From NCBI RefSeq assembly GCF_004010195.1, contig NC_057720.1, positions 8,147,883 to 8,211,882 on the forward strand: 64,000 bases of DNA, read 5' to 3'. This DNA comes from Chiloscyllium plagiosum. Lineage: Eukaryota. The position numbers and the translations under genes were made by a program. How positions within the stretch are numbered: position 1 is the stretch's first letter; each line of letters opens with the position of its first letter. Under the pieces are notes generated by a model. That model searched no databases, was not told where the DNA came from, and saw nothing but the letters and a program-made list of their open reading frames with translations. Shown here one piece after another: positions 63,145 through 64,000 of the stretch.

Positions 63145-63309
63145 GGTGACGATGAGGCGTTGGGGGCCGGGGAAACAGAAGTCTTGGAGGAGGTGGAGGG
63201 CGTGCTGGGTGGTGTCTCGTACGTATGTGGGGAGTTCCTGGACTAGGGGGGAATAGGACAGTTTTGTATCACTTTCATTCTCTCACGTGCCCAGTCAGCT
63301 AATAAAGAA

Positions 63310-64000
63310 GTTATTTTAATTTACTCATCGGGATGTGGGCATTGCTGGCTGGCCAGCATTTATCACCCATCATTAACTGCCCTTGAGAAGGTGGTGCTGA
63401 GTTGTCTTCTTGAACTGCTGCAGGTTCTCACAATGCTGTTGGGAAAGGAGTCCCAAGATTTTGACACAGTGACACTAAAGGAACAACAATGTTTTTCCAA
63501 GTCAGGATGATGAGTGGCTTGAAGAGGAATTTGCAGATGATGGTGTTCCCATGCTGTCCTGTTGCTAGTGGTCAGGGGTTTGGTCACATGTCCAGCCACC
63601 TTCCTTGATCTCTGTGTGTGCCTTTCAAGGTCCATCTGTTCCTCTATGTTTCTCAATATCCTACTGTTTATTTAATATTCCCTTGCTTTGCCAGATTTTG
63701 GGTGTGTTGATTGAGAGAACAAAAGGTTGGACTGGATATCAGACACAATAGTGCCTACCTGCAAAACAGTGCCACCAATTTTTTTTTCAGTGTCCTGAAG
63801 GGCCAGACAAAGCCATGGTTTAACATCTCTGTCTCCTGTCACTGCACAATGAACATCAAGATTATACAGAGTCATAGAGTCATACAGCACGAAAACAGAA
63901 CCTTCGGTCCAACCCGGCCAAACATATATCCTAAACTAATCTAGTCCCATTTGCCAGCATTTGGCCCATATCCTTCTAAACCCTTCCTATTCATGTACCT
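63310..64000 (-). mobile_element. LINE 3' tails: CR1/L2-group at ~63310-63580 and CR1 from ~63868 to the edge
   Basis: Antisense tail motifs TGCCCTTGAGAAGGTGG and GAGTCATAGAGTCATACAGC. Confidence 0.75.

Larger units (their letters stand above)
61709..63257 (-). mobile_element. Young 5'-truncated Neptune-type PLE with RT core; spans an ~850-N gap
   Basis: TSD ACAGTTTTGTA at 61698-61708 and 63258-63268. RT peptide MDIQSHYTSI...NNFSF...QTKGVAMDTCMGPSYACLFVG...FLRYIDDC...FHPDLKFT. Confidence 0.92.

Overview
This is vertebrate, repeat-dense non-coding DNA with four N-gaps. The repeat families (HE1/V-SINE-like SINEs, HER1-like CR1 LINEs) point to an elasmobranch (shark); that assignment is inferred, not searched. 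No host protein-coding gene could be recognised, so the window is probably intergenic or a large intron. Nearly every ORF in the track is a retroelement fragment or its antisense. Main contents: (1) many nested CR1 LINE fragments, including the 5' end of a young CR1 with an uninterrupted zinc-finger/leucine-zipper/esterase ORF1 at the left edge; (2) several Penelope-like element (PLE) families with GIY-YIG endonuclease or RT remnants, inverted pseudo-LTRs and 10-18 bp target-site duplications (TSDs); (3) minimal type I hammerhead ribozyme motifs carried by these PLEs, with compensatory stem changes between families; (4) Rex1/Babar fragments and a Rex-tailed non-autonomous element containing a ~1 kb 30-bp minisatellite; (5) tRNA-derived SINEs, a probable solo LTR and a decayed tRNA-Glu copy. 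Repeat boundaries were read by eye and are approximate, and family names come from recalled motifs.
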